Part shown: positions 44,201 through 53,004 of the stretch, piece after piece
Layout of the letters: each line of letters begins with the position of its first letter
Numbering within the stretch: position 1 is the stretch's first letter
Program-made: the position numbers and the translations under genes
NCBI GenBank assembly: GCA_017454945.1
Contig: JAFTCA010000013.1
Location: forward strand, 60,505-124,504
Direction of reading: 5' to 3'
DNA length: 64,000 bases
DNA from: Bacteroidales bacterium
Lineage (GTDB): Bacteria > Bacteroidota > Bacteroidia > Bacteroidales > WCHB1-69
The notes under the pieces: model-generated
The model's database searches: none
What the model was told of the DNA's origin: nothing
The model's input: the letters and a program-made list of their open reading frames with translations, nothing else

Positions 44201-44989
44201 AGCGGTGGAACCTGAGAATGAAGAGAAAACAAGCTCTGGGTCAATAACCAAGGGACGTTCGGTGTCGTAGGCGCCTACCTCAAACGAGAGGATGTTTTTG
44301 TTGAGACGGTAGTTGCACGAAACCCAGACGGTGTCGCCATTAGGACTCAACTGATAGGCAATGGGCTTTAATTCAATAATTTGCGATACATCAGTATTGA
44401 TAAATAGGTGGTTTCTAACGATTGAGAGACTTTTAACACCTTCATATTTCATCTTGATTTGAGAAGGAGAAACGCCAGGATCGACCGTAAACTCATACTT
44501 GAGATGGTTCTTCTGATAATATTGTAAATCAATACCTTTGTATAATTCATCATAAAAAACCTCTTCATATTTGCGCACATTAGAGGCCCAGCGGCTCGGG
44601 TCATTGCCGATAAAGTAGTTAACATAGTCGGGAGTGGCATGGTGCCCCATGATGCGCACCTCGGGGTTGGCATTCAAAAAGTGCACTTTGTAGGCAGCGG
44701 CATTCATGGTGCCGTCCGAAACGTATGGCTCTGACGGATGTTTCTTGTGATGGTAGAACGCTTCCAATTGTTGCGGATCTATCGTCACATAGGTGAAGGT
44801 GTGCTTTTCTAAAAACAAGCCACCACACGATAGTCTGGTATGGAAGAGGACCTGAGAATCCCATTGTCCGCGATTTTCAATAAATTCAACACCCTTGGTG
44901 TCCAAAGTGTCACGATGGTGACCGTAAGAGGCACTGACACTGACAATCAGAAAGAATAAAAGTAGAAGCCTGCGCATGAAGCTTTTCAT
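41219..44989 (-). CDS. Giant cell-surface protein: beta-propeller (SBBP-type) repeats, PKD domain, Ig-like repeats and a T9SS type-B C-terminal domain
   Basis: Repeated ...NFPTT.(G/D)A(F/Y)Q... propeller blades. PKD signature WDFGDGTNS...HLFTKSGTYDVSL. C-terminus FVPNAFTPNGDGKNDVFYVRG...YDRWGEKVF...WDGT matches the gliding-motility-associated / type-B CTD. Confidence 0.85.
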   Translation of the reverse strand: MKSFMRRLLLLFFLIVSVSASYGHHRDTLDTKGVEFIENRGQWDSQVLFHTRLSCGGLFLEKHTFTYVTIDPQQLEAFYHHKKHPSEPYVSDGTMNAAAYKVHFLNANPEVRIMGHHATPDYVNYFIGNDPSRWASNVRKYEEVFYDELYKGIDLQYYQKNHLKYEFTVDPGVSPSQIKMKYEGVKSLSIVRNHLFINTDVSQIIELKPIAYQLSPNGDTVWVSCNYRLNKNILSFEVGAYDTERPLVIDPELVFSSFSGSTADNWGYSATYDNYGNLYAGGNVFAIGYPTTTGAFQIKYGGGDCDISISKFDSDGAFLQYSTYIGGAGVDIPHSMVVNENDELYILGTTGSDNFPTTSDAYQRAFKGGTNYTLTSALHYRSGSDLVVVKLNSAGTALLGSTYLGGTGNDGLNVASNLKVNYADEVRGEILVDNHSNVYVVSCTQSRNFPTTSKAFQRQFGGGNQDGCIFKMNNNLSNLVWGSYLGGNNDDAAYSVFLGVDNSIYVCGGTLSSNLPTTSNAYQRTIASNGVDGFISRISNDGNTIINCTYLGFTGYDQTYLIKGDRQGFPYVFGQTNATGDKWIKNVSWYVYSGGQFLTKLSHELDKILWSTAFGTGRGGPDLSPSALLIDLCHNIYMSGWGSRNLNNFGGTSGLPVTQDAFQHTTDNNDYYFICLDDNVSRLVYATYFGSPNADEHVDGGTSRFDKKGKIYQAVCAGCGGISNFPTTAGAWSRRNRSTNCNIGLIKFDFNLPSVIADFIMPNTICAPYEIEFENTSQSISDNSTEYIWDFGDGTNSKEKNPKHLFTKSGTYDVSLIVNDLTSCNFGDTVTKSLVVLSNSYEKLPDLGCCKEGQVQIGIPPSGNEDIRYRWQPSTGLDNPNLSNPNASPTSTTTYKLFITDGNCVDTMEQTVYIDDITIDMPENLYVCLGDSILLDPVIEGLHPKVTWSLSPTMSPRINDEESSSVRVAPTERTTYYMQVISDYCKDFANVTVDVVVLELNMPEQYAICDDGATTLLVEVNSNKPQNYTYDWQPSDGIISGGNTNSPTVAPRQTTRYRVTVTSDMGCTASTETEVIITSFTPADFNAWCDPDTVFEGESTNLHATTIDGYQYSWSPSQGLENPNQANTLATPQRTMCYTVTVTDLNGCRKQDTACVKVKEVICKEPFIFVPNAFTPNGDGKNDVFYVRGNEFLLSFILRIYDRWGEKVFESENIEDGWDGTFRGKICQPGIYDFYLEATCHGKQRFIKKGNITLIR

Positions 44990-45012
44990 TGTTGTAAGGT
45001 TTATACAAATTG

Positions 45013-45020
45013 CAAATATA
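45013..45020 (-). promoter_or_regulatory. Bacteroidota -7 promoter box
   Basis: TATATTTG on the minus strand, 24 nt upstream of the start at 44989. Confidence 0.5.
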
Positions 45021-45060
45021 CAATATTATTTTAAAGAAATGCTTTAAAGAAAAAAACACG

Positions 45061-45068
45061 TATCTTTG
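45061..45068 (+). promoter_or_regulatory. Bacteroidota -7 promoter box
   Basis: TATCTTTG, 21 nt upstream of the ATG at 45089. Confidence 0.5.
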
Positions 45069-45088
45069 CGATTGATTTCTTGTTAAGC

Positions 45089-48000
45089 ATGTATAAACTG
45101 AAGATTTGGTACGGACTGTTTCTCTTTCTGCTGGTGCAAAATGTACTGGCTCAAGAGGCAGTGGTGGAATTGGTGCGTCAGGAAAACAACAAGTGGACTT
45201 ATAGATATACTTCCAGCCAGTTGACCATCAGTGAGATAAATGATCCGACGGGCTCTTATTCGCAAATTACGATTCCTTATCATCATTTCTCTAACGAAAT
45301 CGGCTGCCCTCAATTGCCAATCTGGATAGGTCTGATAGATATTCCTCTTTGTGAGGATGTTAAGGTGGAGGTTAATCACATTGATTATGCGACTACCGCC
45401 ATGACCGATTTGGTTAATCCATTGTGGCCTGCGCAGCCATCGCTTTCTAAAGAAGAGGATCCGGTGCCATTTGTTATTGACAAAAACCTCTATGCCACGA
45501 ACGATTTTTATGGTTTTCAACCTGTTACGGCTGAAAAGAGAGGTGTGATGCGTAGCGCCAACCTGGCAGCCTTGACGGTGTCGCCCATTCGCTACAATCC
45601 TGTGTCGGGAGAGTTGCAGTTAATCAAGCAGATGGAGTTCACACTGACATTTGTCAGCCCCGATTACGAACAGAGTGCACGTCTTAAGCGTGTTCACGAC
45701 AATGCACTGTTTGCCAGTCAGTTCGACCGTACATTGGTGCCTTCGCCCATGAGAACCAAAGGGGTGGTTTATCCATCGCCCATCAAGTATCTGATTGTCT
45801 CTGATCCGATGTTCAGAGATGAACTGCAGCGCTTTGTGACTTGGAAAAAGAGAAAGGGTTTTATGGTGGAAGAGGCTTATACCGATGATCCAACCGTGGG
45901 CAAAACTGCCGAATCTATTGCTCAATATATTAAGAACCAGTACGATATGGCTACGGAGACTAACCCGGCACCGACGTATGTTTTGCTGGTGGGCGATGTG
46001 GAACAGATTCCGGCCTTTTCGGGACAGACAGGCAAGCATCCTACCGACTTGTACTATTGTGAATGGACGGGCGACTATCTGCCCGATTGTTACTACGGGC
46101 GTTTTTCAGCGCAAACCGTTGAACAACTTATTCCACAGATTGACAAAACGTTAGCATACGAGCAGTGCGCGCTCACCGATTTGAGTTATTTGGATGATGC
46201 TGTATTGGTGGCTGGCTTCGATAGGACATATTCCAAAAAATACGCCGATGGGCAAATGAACTATCTGAGCGAGCAATATATTAACGAGGCCAATGGGTAT
46301 GTGAACATTCAAAAATATCTGTCCGAAGCGGGGGTAAAGCCTGAGGCGATTCGTGCTGCCGTAGGGCAGGGGGCTGGCTTTGTGAACTATACGGCCCACT
46401 GCGGCACTGTCGGCTGGCTGGATCCGCGTTTCGACACTTCCCATATTGCGGCCCTTGATAATTACGGCCGCTACGGATTTGTGCTAGCCAACTGTTGCCA
46501 GTCGGGCCGCTATAATGCATCGGCATGCTTTGCTGAGGCGATGATGCGCGCCAATAACAAAGGCGCCGTTTCCTATATCGGTGCGTCGAATGACACTTAC
46601 TGGGACGAAGACTATTATTGGGCCATCGGCTTTCGCGCCGAAATTTCGGCCAATCCGAAGTATGACGGTTTATGTTTGGGTGCCATCGACCGTATGTTCC
46701 ATACGCATGGCGAGCCGTTTGCTGCGTGGAGCCTTACCAACGGCGCGGTGGTCGCCGGCGGTAATCTCGCTGTAGAACAATCGGCGTCTACTCGAAAAAA
46801 GCTGTATTGGGAAATCTATCATCTGTTTGGTGACCCGTCGCTGTCGGCCTGGCTAACACAACCTAAGACAATGCCGCTTGAATCAGTTGATGTACTGCCT
46901 TCTGGCGCTACTTTGCTGAATGTGAAAACGGCCCCGTATGCCATGGTCTCCCTGACTCATCACCTCGAATGGGTGGCTACAGCAATGGCTGATGCCCAAG
47001 GTCGCGCGCAACTTCGTTTCCCCATGCTTATCACTCCCGATGACTACGAACTGACCGCTTCGGCACAGCATTATAAAACCGCTTTCAAGACCATCTCAGT
47101 TAAACCGCTCGATTCGCTGCAGGTTTTGGCCACCGATCTTCAGCTCGCAGAAGGTTGTGTGCCAGCTATTTCACAGCTTGTCAGTTGGCATGTGAAAGCG
47201 TCGAATGTGGGTAATCTGCCAGTTGATAGCATTCGTCTTGAACTGCATAGCGACCTGCCAGGCATGACACTGCAAGATAGTGTGGTTGAAATTGACCGTC
47301 TTGAGGTGGGTGATACTTTGCTGCAAGCCGCTTTCTCGGCTTTGTTGCCCGATAGTCTGGAAGATGGCGAGATAGCCCAATTCGATGTGGTGGCCTGCTA
47401 TGCTCAAAAGAGAGACACCACGCACTTTTTCCTGCCTGTTGCGGCGCCGAAATGGTGTGTTGAGGATTATTGGACCGAAGAACTGGAGGGTGATGGCGAC
47501 GGCTATCTTGATGCTGGCGAACTGATCCGTTTGTCGGTGGTTACACACAATGTGGGCCATGTGACCGTGGACAGTGTGGTGGCGAAATTGTCAGCCGACG
47601 CCACACAAGTTGCTCTGTTGCATTTTGTTGACACGTTGGTTGATGAGTCGCACAGTGGCTATTTTCTGGCCGAATACACCTTCCGCATCGACAATGCTTT
47701 GTCCGCCTATAGTATCATTCCGCTAACACAACATTTTATCTCTGGCCATATCCACGTTTGCGACACCATTTATCTGATGACCGATTGTGCCATGGAAGAT
47801 TTCGAGACAGGCGATTTCTCACAATTTAATTGGAAGCAGAATCACAATCCGTGGATAGTGACCGACAGCTGCCGTTTTGCAGGCTCTTTCGCCGCTCGTT
47901 CGGCCCGCACACTTGGCGATGGCCAAACATCACTGTTTTACATCTCGCTGAATGTGTTACAGGATGATTCCGTATCTTATTATCGCAAAGTGTCTTCCGA

Positions 48001-48466
48001 GGTTGATTACGACTTTTTCAAATTCAGGATTGATGCCGCAGAGATGGATAAGGCTTCAGGTGAATTACCATGGGAAAGGATAAGTATTCCTATAAGCAAA
48101 GGAAAGCACACGCTTACTTTCTTATATTCAAAAGATTACACTAACAGTGAAGGCTATGATGCCGCTTGGTTAGACAATATTATGCTTCCAGCTAACAGCA
48201 CCATTTCCAATGTCATACAAGTCGAATTTCCCGTAGGTGGACGACTTTATCCCAATCCCGCTGTCAATAAGGTAATAGTGGAAGCCGAAACTCCGATTGT
48301 CATACTTGAAATTTTTGATATCTCTGGAAAATGTATTAGGAAAATTAGTAATATTGCAACCGTTTCCTATCAATTGGATATTCACGAACTTGAAAGCGGC
48401 ATTTATATGATCCGTACTCAAGATAAGAACAAGCAAACGCTTGTATATAAGTTGATTAAATACTAA
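45089..48466 (+). CDS. Gingipain-like C25-family cysteine peptidase with N-terminal propeptide, MAM/CUB-like domain and T9SS type-A CTD
   Basis: C25 core (YLIVSDPMFRDELQRFVTWKKRKGF; YVLLVGDVEQIPAF; candidate His in NYTAHCGTVGW and Cys in LANCCQSGRY). C-terminal LYPNPAVNKVIV...GIYMIRTQDKN...YKLIKY. ATG at 45089, after the TATCTTTG box at 45061. Confidence 0.8.
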   Translation: MYKLKIWYGLFLFLLVQNVLAQEAVVELVRQENNKWTYRYTSSQLTISEINDPTGSYSQITIPYHHFSNEIGCPQLPIWIGLIDIPLCEDVKVEVNHIDYATTAMTDLVNPLWPAQPSLSKEEDPVPFVIDKNLYATNDFYGFQPVTAEKRGVMRSANLAALTVSPIRYNPVSGELQLIKQMEFTLTFVSPDYEQSARLKRVHDNALFASQFDRTLVPSPMRTKGVVYPSPIKYLIVSDPMFRDELQRFVTWKKRKGFMVEEAYTDDPTVGKTAESIAQYIKNQYDMATETNPAPTYVLLVGDVEQIPAFSGQTGKHPTDLYYCEWTGDYLPDCYYGRFSAQTVEQLIPQIDKTLAYEQCALTDLSYLDDAVLVAGFDRTYSKKYADGQMNYLSEQYINEANGYVNIQKYLSEAGVKPEAIRAAVGQGAGFVNYTAHCGTVGWLDPRFDTSHIAALDNYGRYGFVLANCCQSGRYNASACFAEAMMRANNKGAVSYIGASNDTYWDEDYYWAIGFRAEISANPKYDGLCLGAIDRMFHTHGEPFAAWSLTNGAVVAGGNLAVEQSASTRKKLYWEIYHLFGDPSLSAWLTQPKTMPLESVDVLPSGATLLNVKTAPYAMVSLTHHLEWVATAMADAQGRAQLRFPMLITPDDYELTASAQHYKTAFKTISVKPLDSLQVLATDLQLAEGCVPAISQLVSWHVKASNVGNLPVDSIRLELHSDLPGMTLQDSVVEIDRLEVGDTLLQAAFSALLPDSLEDGEIAQFDVVACYAQKRDTTHFFLPVAAPKWCVEDYWTEELEGDGDGYLDAGELIRLSVVTHNVGHVTVDSVVAKLSADATQVALLHFVDTLVDESHSGYFLAEYTFRIDNALSAYSIIPLTQHFISGHIHVCDTIYLMTDCAMEDFETGDFSQFNWKQNHNPWIVTDSCRFAGSFAARSARTLGDGQTSLFYISLNVLQDDSVSYYRKVSSEVDYDFFKFRIDAAEMDKASGELPWERISIPISKGKHTLTFLYSKDYTNSEGYDAAWLDNIMLPANSTISNVIQVEFPVGGRLYPNPAVNKVIVEAETPIVILEIFDISGKCIRKISNIATVSYQLDIHELESGIYMIRTQDKNKQTLVYKLIKY

Positions 48467-48468
48467 TT

Positions 48469-49029
48469 ATGAAAAAACAACCAGATACTTCCGCACAATA
48501 TGATGCCGTCATAGCCAAATGCACCGACATATTTACCCGCAAGGCAGTGGATTATGGTACGGCATGGCGCATACTGCGCACTTCCTCCCTTACTGACCAG
48601 ATTTACATCAAAGCCCAACGAATTAGAAGTATAGAAGAAAAAGGTGAAGCCAAAATCAATGAAGGTGTTGAACCTGAATACATTGGCATTATCAACTATT
48701 CGGCTATGGCTCTCATCCAACTGGAAGTGGGCGTGGCTAACACCATGGAAGAACTGATGCCGGCAGAACAGGCAGTGGAATTGTTTACCAAATACTTGCA
48801 TAACGCCAAAGCACTGATGATGAATAAGAATCACGATTATGGTGAGGCTTGGCGCAAAATGCGAACCAGTTCCATTACGGATATTATTCTGATGAAGTTG
48901 CTTCGTATCAAGCAGATAGAAGATCATAACGGCAAAACCATCATCTCCGAAGGTCTTGATGCCAACTATTACGACATCATCAACTATGCTGTCTTCGCTT
49001 TGATACAACTCGACGAACAAAAACAGTAA
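48469..49029 (+). CDS. DUF1599-like protein (internally duplicated)
   Basis: Two homologous halves (DYGTAWRILRTSSLTDQIYIKAQRIRSIE / DYGEAWRKMRTSSITDIILMKLLRIKQIE). Confidence 0.6.
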   Translation: MKKQPDTSAQYDAVIAKCTDIFTRKAVDYGTAWRILRTSSLTDQIYIKAQRIRSIEEKGEAKINEGVEPEYIGIINYSAMALIQLEVGVANTMEELMPAEQAVELFTKYLHNAKALMMNKNHDYGEAWRKMRTSSITDIILMKLLRIKQIEDHNGKTIISEGLDANYYDIINYAVFALIQLDEQKQ

Positions 49030-49040
49030 CAATCATCAGT

Positions 49041-49074
49041 CATTGTTAATTATAAATTGTTAATTGTCAATTAT
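49041..49074. repeat. TAATTGT / ATAAATTG word array
   Basis: Intercistronic, between the DUF1599-like and DoxX-fusion genes. Confidence 0.8.
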
Positions 49075-49082
49075 TTTTGCGT

Positions 49083-50300
49083 ATGTCATACAATTATCAT
49101 AGTAGAACAAAAGAACCTATCGTTCTCACCATCATTCGAATCCTTCTGGCCTGTGTCTTTATCTTTTCAGGCTTAACTAAGGCTGTCGATCCTGTTGCAT
49201 CGGCTATTAAGATGGAGGAATACTTCACGTCGTTTGGTATGGATTTCATGCATCCGCTGTGCATGTTTATCGCTGTGTGTATGAATATTGCCGAATTTCT
49301 GCTCGGTTTTATGCTGCTTTTCCGCATCAAGGTTAACCTGGTGGCGTGGGGTTACTTGCTGTTTATGACGTTCTTCTTGCTGCTGACAGCTTGGCTGGCA
49401 CTGGCCGAACATCTGGAACTCAAATACGGCTATGACTTTGGCGTCGTGAAGGATTGCGGCTGTTTCGGTGCGGCCATCAAACTGAATAATTTCCACACCT
49501 TCTTGAAGAATGTGGGCATTATCATTCCAACCTTGATAGTCTTCATTTGTCGTGATAGAATCCCCGATATTCGTCTGACAGAACTGGGAAAATGGTGCTT
49601 CGCAGGCATTGGCTGCATTATTGTTTGCCTTGTTCAATTTATCTCTTATCGCCATCTGCCTATCGTCGATTTCAGCGACTGGGCCAAAGGTAAGAATGTG
49701 GCTGAAGCCTTTATCGAGAAACCGGCCGTGAAAGAGATTGTTTACAAGTATCTCCGTCTTGCCGACAGCACCACAGTCGAGATGACCAGTGACGAGATGA
49801 TGGAGGCATACGAGAAAGACGCCCGTTTTGATGAGAAGTACGAATATCTTGATCGTATTGACAGTACGCTTGAAGAGGCTGTGATGCCCAAAATTCCCGG
49901 TTTTAATATGGTCGACAGCCTCGGTGGCGATCATTCCATCGAGTTGATTCAAAACGACAAGTCAACATCCACCTTTATCGTCTTTATGCACGATTTGGAA
50001 GAGACTAATGAGAAAGGTATTATGAGTCCTGCTTTGAAGCTGTTGGCAGATTCATGCATGAGTATGGGTGTTGATTTTGTGGGTATTACCAATTCTCCGC
50101 AAGAGTATATCGATGCCTTCATCAGCCAGTACAACATTACTTTCCCCATCTACAGCAACGCTATCGATCCGGTGAAAGGTCCCTTTATGGTGCGCGATGC
50201 TATCCGTTCCAATCCTGGACTGATGCAGATTAAGAATGGCATTGTAGTCGGCAAATGGTCGTGGCGCGATTTTCCGGCCATTGACAAGGTCGAATTCTAA
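49083..50300 (+). CDS. DoxX/MauE-like membrane domain fused to a thioredoxin-like domain (BT_3928-family)
   Basis: N-terminal 4-TM DoxX-like region (FSGLTKAVDPVASAIKMEEYF) and a soluble C-terminal domain. ATG at 49083. Confidence 0.6.
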   Translation: MSYNYHSRTKEPIVLTIIRILLACVFIFSGLTKAVDPVASAIKMEEYFTSFGMDFMHPLCMFIAVCMNIAEFLLGFMLLFRIKVNLVAWGYLLFMTFFLLLTAWLALAEHLELKYGYDFGVVKDCGCFGAAIKLNNFHTFLKNVGIIIPTLIVFICRDRIPDIRLTELGKWCFAGIGCIIVCLVQFISYRHLPIVDFSDWAKGKNVAEAFIEKPAVKEIVYKYLRLADSTTVEMTSDEMMEAYEKDARFDEKYEYLDRIDSTLEEAVMPKIPGFNMVDSLGGDHSIELIQNDKSTSTFIVFMHDLEETNEKGIMSPALKLLADSCMSMGVDFVGITNSPQEYIDAFISQYNITFPIYSNAIDPVKGPFMVRDAIRSNPGLMQIKNGIVVGKWSWRDFPAIDKVEF

Positions 50301-50316
50301 GAGTTTACTCCCATAT

Positions 50317-50355
50317 AAAAAGCCGCTTTGGAACACTCCAGAGCGGCTTTTTTAT
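50317..50355. terminator. Bidirectional terminator between convergent genes
   Basis: AAAAAGCCGCTtTGG-aacact-CCAgAGCGGCTTTTTT, with an A-run on one side and a T-run on the other. Confidence 0.75.
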
Positions 50356-50372
50356 GTTTTTGGGGTTGTTTG

Positions 50373-51923
50373 TTATCTTGGTGTCAGTTTGATGAAGGGA
50401 ACCATCATCTCTTCCATCGAAATGCCGCCATGTTGGAAAGTGTTCTTGTAATACTTCACGTAATAGTTGTAATTGTTGGGGTAGGCGAAGAAGTAATTCT
50501 GTAAGGCGAAAACAAAGCGCGAGGTAATGCCTTCCTGCGGCAGGAATATGTCGGCAGGATTCTTAACTTCGAACAATTCCTTGGCGTTGTAATCCAAGTT
50601 GCGCCCAACCTTGTAGCGTAAGTTGGTATTGGTATTCTTGTCGCCAATAAGTTTAATGGGCTTCTCAATCTTGATTGTACCGTGGTCAGAAGTGATGTAT
50701 ACAGGTATCTTCTTGGCTGATAGGAATTTAATCATATCTAACATGAGCGAGTTCTCAAACCACGAGGCGGTGACGCTGCGGTACGACTTCTCATCTTCGG
50801 CTAATTCTCTAATCAAATCCACGTCGGTGCGGGCGTGTGACAGCATATCCACAAAGTTGAACACAATGACATTCAATTGGTTCTGCATCAACTGATGGAA
50901 ATTGTCGAAGCAACGTTTGCCGAACTCAAGGTTCAGAATCTTGGTGAACGAATACTTGATATTCTTGCCGTAGCGCTTCAGATATTCACCCAAAAGTTCC
51001 TGTTCGTACTGGTTTTTGCCGCCTTCGTCGTTTTCATCCAGCCACAGCTGCGGATATTTCTTCGAGATGTCCAAGGGCATCAGGCCGGCAAAAAGGGCGT
51101 TGCGCGCATAATGCGTGGCTGTGGGCAGAATACTGTAACAGATATCCTCCTGTTCGGCATGGTAGTAGTCTTGGATATATGGCTGGATGGTTTTCCATTG
51201 GTCGAATCGCAGGTTGTCCACCACAAATAAGAAAGTGGGTTTCGTGTCGGACAGGTTGGGGAACAGCTTCTCTTTCAGTACGGTATGAGAGAGTAGGGGT
51301 TTCTCTTCACTGCGTCCGGTCAGCCAGTTCTGATAGTTCTGTGTTACAAATTTGCAGAATTGCGTGTTGGCTTCTTCTTTCTGGTTGATGAGCACTTCTG
51401 AAATGCCACTATCTTCAATCTTATCTAGTTGTAATTCCCAATATACCAATTCTTTATACAAGTCATTCCACTCTTGCAGCGACAGTCGGTCGGAGATGCG
51501 CATCGAGATGTCGCGGAAGGCCTGTTGATAGGCCATGGTGCGGCGCTCAGTGGCGATTTTCTTGTTTTCGGTATTCTTTTTCAAACAAAGCAGTATCTGA
51601 TTGGGATTCACTGGCTTAATAAGATAATCGGCAATATTTGAGCCGATGGCATCCTCCATAATGTGCTCTTCCTCACTCTTGGTAATCATCACTACGGGGA
51701 TAAACTCATTGATGCTCTTGATGCGGTTCAGTGTCTCCAAGCCGCTAAGTCCGGGCATGTTCTCGTCCAAAAAGATGATGTCCACCATTTCGCGTTCCAG
51801 CACTTCAAGGGCTTCGTTGCCACTTACCACGGGAATCACATCATAACCTTTTGATTGTAAGAAAATAATATGTGGTTTGAGCAGGTCTATCTCATCGTCT
51901 GCCCACAAGATCTTGATGTTCAT
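50373..51923 (-). CDS. porX: T9SS response regulator PorX (CheY-like receiver + PglZ domain)
   Basis: Receiver domain ILWADDEIDLL...IFLDENMPGLSG...ITKSEE, followed by a ~350-aa PglZ/alkaline-phosphatase-like domain. 516 aa, as in PorX. Confidence 0.85.
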   Translation of the reverse strand: MNIKILWADDEIDLLKPHIIFLQSKGYDVIPVVSGNEALEVLEREMVDIIFLDENMPGLSGLETLNRIKSINEFIPVVMITKSEEEHIMEDAIGSNIADYLIKPVNPNQILLCLKKNTENKKIATERRTMAYQQAFRDISMRISDRLSLQEWNDLYKELVYWELQLDKIEDSGISEVLINQKEEANTQFCKFVTQNYQNWLTGRSEEKPLLSHTVLKEKLFPNLSDTKPTFLFVVDNLRFDQWKTIQPYIQDYYHAEQEDICYSILPTATHYARNALFAGLMPLDISKKYPQLWLDENDEGGKNQYEQELLGEYLKRYGKNIKYSFTKILNLEFGKRCFDNFHQLMQNQLNVIVFNFVDMLSHARTDVDLIRELAEDEKSYRSVTASWFENSLMLDMIKFLSAKKIPVYITSDHGTIKIEKPIKLIGDKNTNTNLRYKVGRNLDYNAKELFEVKNPADIFLPQEGITSRFVFALQNYFFAYPNNYNYYVKYYKNTFQHGGISMEEMMVPFIKLTPR

Positions 51924-51982
51924 ATTAGTTCATTTGTTAGGTGATTAATATTATTTAACGGCAAAATAATATTTATAGTATT

Positions 51983-52351
51983 CTAATTTTTAAAAATAAA
52001 ATAGACTGCTAAAATGAGAAAAATGAACCCGATGACATGATTCAACCTGAAGGTCTCATTCTTGAAGACGAGTAGGGTAAAGGTGGTGAAAACAATCAGT
52101 GTGATGGCTTCTTGCAATACTTTCAACTGCCATAGATTGAATGGTCCGCCGTTGAGCGAATAACCAAATCTGTTGGCAGGCACCTGGAAACAATACTCAA
52201 ACAGGGCAATTCCCCAACTGAATAGAATAATAGCTGGCAATCCCAAATGGTTGAACCAGCTGAAACTCTGCATTTTCAAATGGCCGTACCAAGCAAAGGT
52301 CATAAAGATATTGGATATAATCAGTAGGAGGATGGTAATAAATGCTTGCAT
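51983..52351 (-). CDS. DMT-superfamily small membrane protein (DUF486-like)
   Basis: 122 aa with four TM helices; N-terminus IISNIFMTFAWYGHLK. Confidence 0.6.
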   Translation of the reverse strand: MQAFITILLLIISNIFMTFAWYGHLKMQSFSWFNHLGLPAIILFSWGIALFEYCFQVPANRFGYSLNGGPFNLWQLKVLQEAITLIVFTTFTLLVFKNETFRLNHVIGFIFLILAVYFIFKN

Positions 52352-52590
52352 TTTGTTGATATGTGGTTAATAACTTAAATCGTGATGTGCCTAGGAAAGA
52401 CATTGCAAAATTAATAATAATATCTCTCGGAGAATTAAATATTCGTCGTCCAGTCTAATTCTTACCAAGAATAATTCTCAATTTTTAATGTTTGAGATAT
52501 AGGGTATGCAAGCAGTTAAATGTTGTTACAAATGTAATTTTACAATTATAACAAATTAAATAGGTATGATACTTTTGTAAAAGATAATAG

Positions 52591-52635
52591 GTACAATTGT
52601 AAAATATTTGATTTGATGAAGCAAGTACAATTGTA
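52591..52635. promoter_or_regulatory. Two copies of the palindrome GTACAATTGTA, 34 bp apart, in a ~650-bp AT-rich non-coding region
   Basis: Exact copies at 52591-52601 and 52625-52635. Degenerate copies at 52525-52537 and 52540-52551. Confidence 0.4.
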
Positions 52636-53004
52636 TGACAATTCTTCAAAAACATTTGAATCGTTGGTATGATTTCAACAAATGTTTCAATTCAGTAATT
52701 ATGTATGAAAAATGTTTATTTCAAAATCATAACTAATTCATTTCTATAATATTTATGTCTATAGATTAAAGTTGTAGATAAAATAAATATATGATGTTAT
52801 TAACAGTATTTGTAAATTATAATTCTCAACTCGTATTCATTATTAAATCAAATACTTACATATTCGATTTAAAGTAAAAGACTAAGTAGTTTTCAACAAT
52901 TTTCAAAATAGCTATTTTTATTTGTTAAATTTGCAGTTGTAAATACCGATGTGTTTATATTTGTAATTGATAGGTAATAAATCTATTTTCACTTTGTAAA
53001 AATT

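Noticed and set aside
45089-48466. Considered calling this ~1100-aa C25-family protein the T9SS sortase PorU.
   Set aside because: The peptidase core starts at about residue 230, after a gingipain-type propeptide, rather than after the long PorU N-terminal region. No porV/lptO-like gene follows, although porU-porV are normally adjacent. Kept as a gingipain-like cargo peptidase.
52352-53004. Considered the 650-bp AT-rich region as a replication origin (oriC).
   Set aside because: I found only one near-match to a DnaA box (TGTGGTTAA at 52362-52370). There is no cluster of boxes and no dnaA or dnaN nearby.
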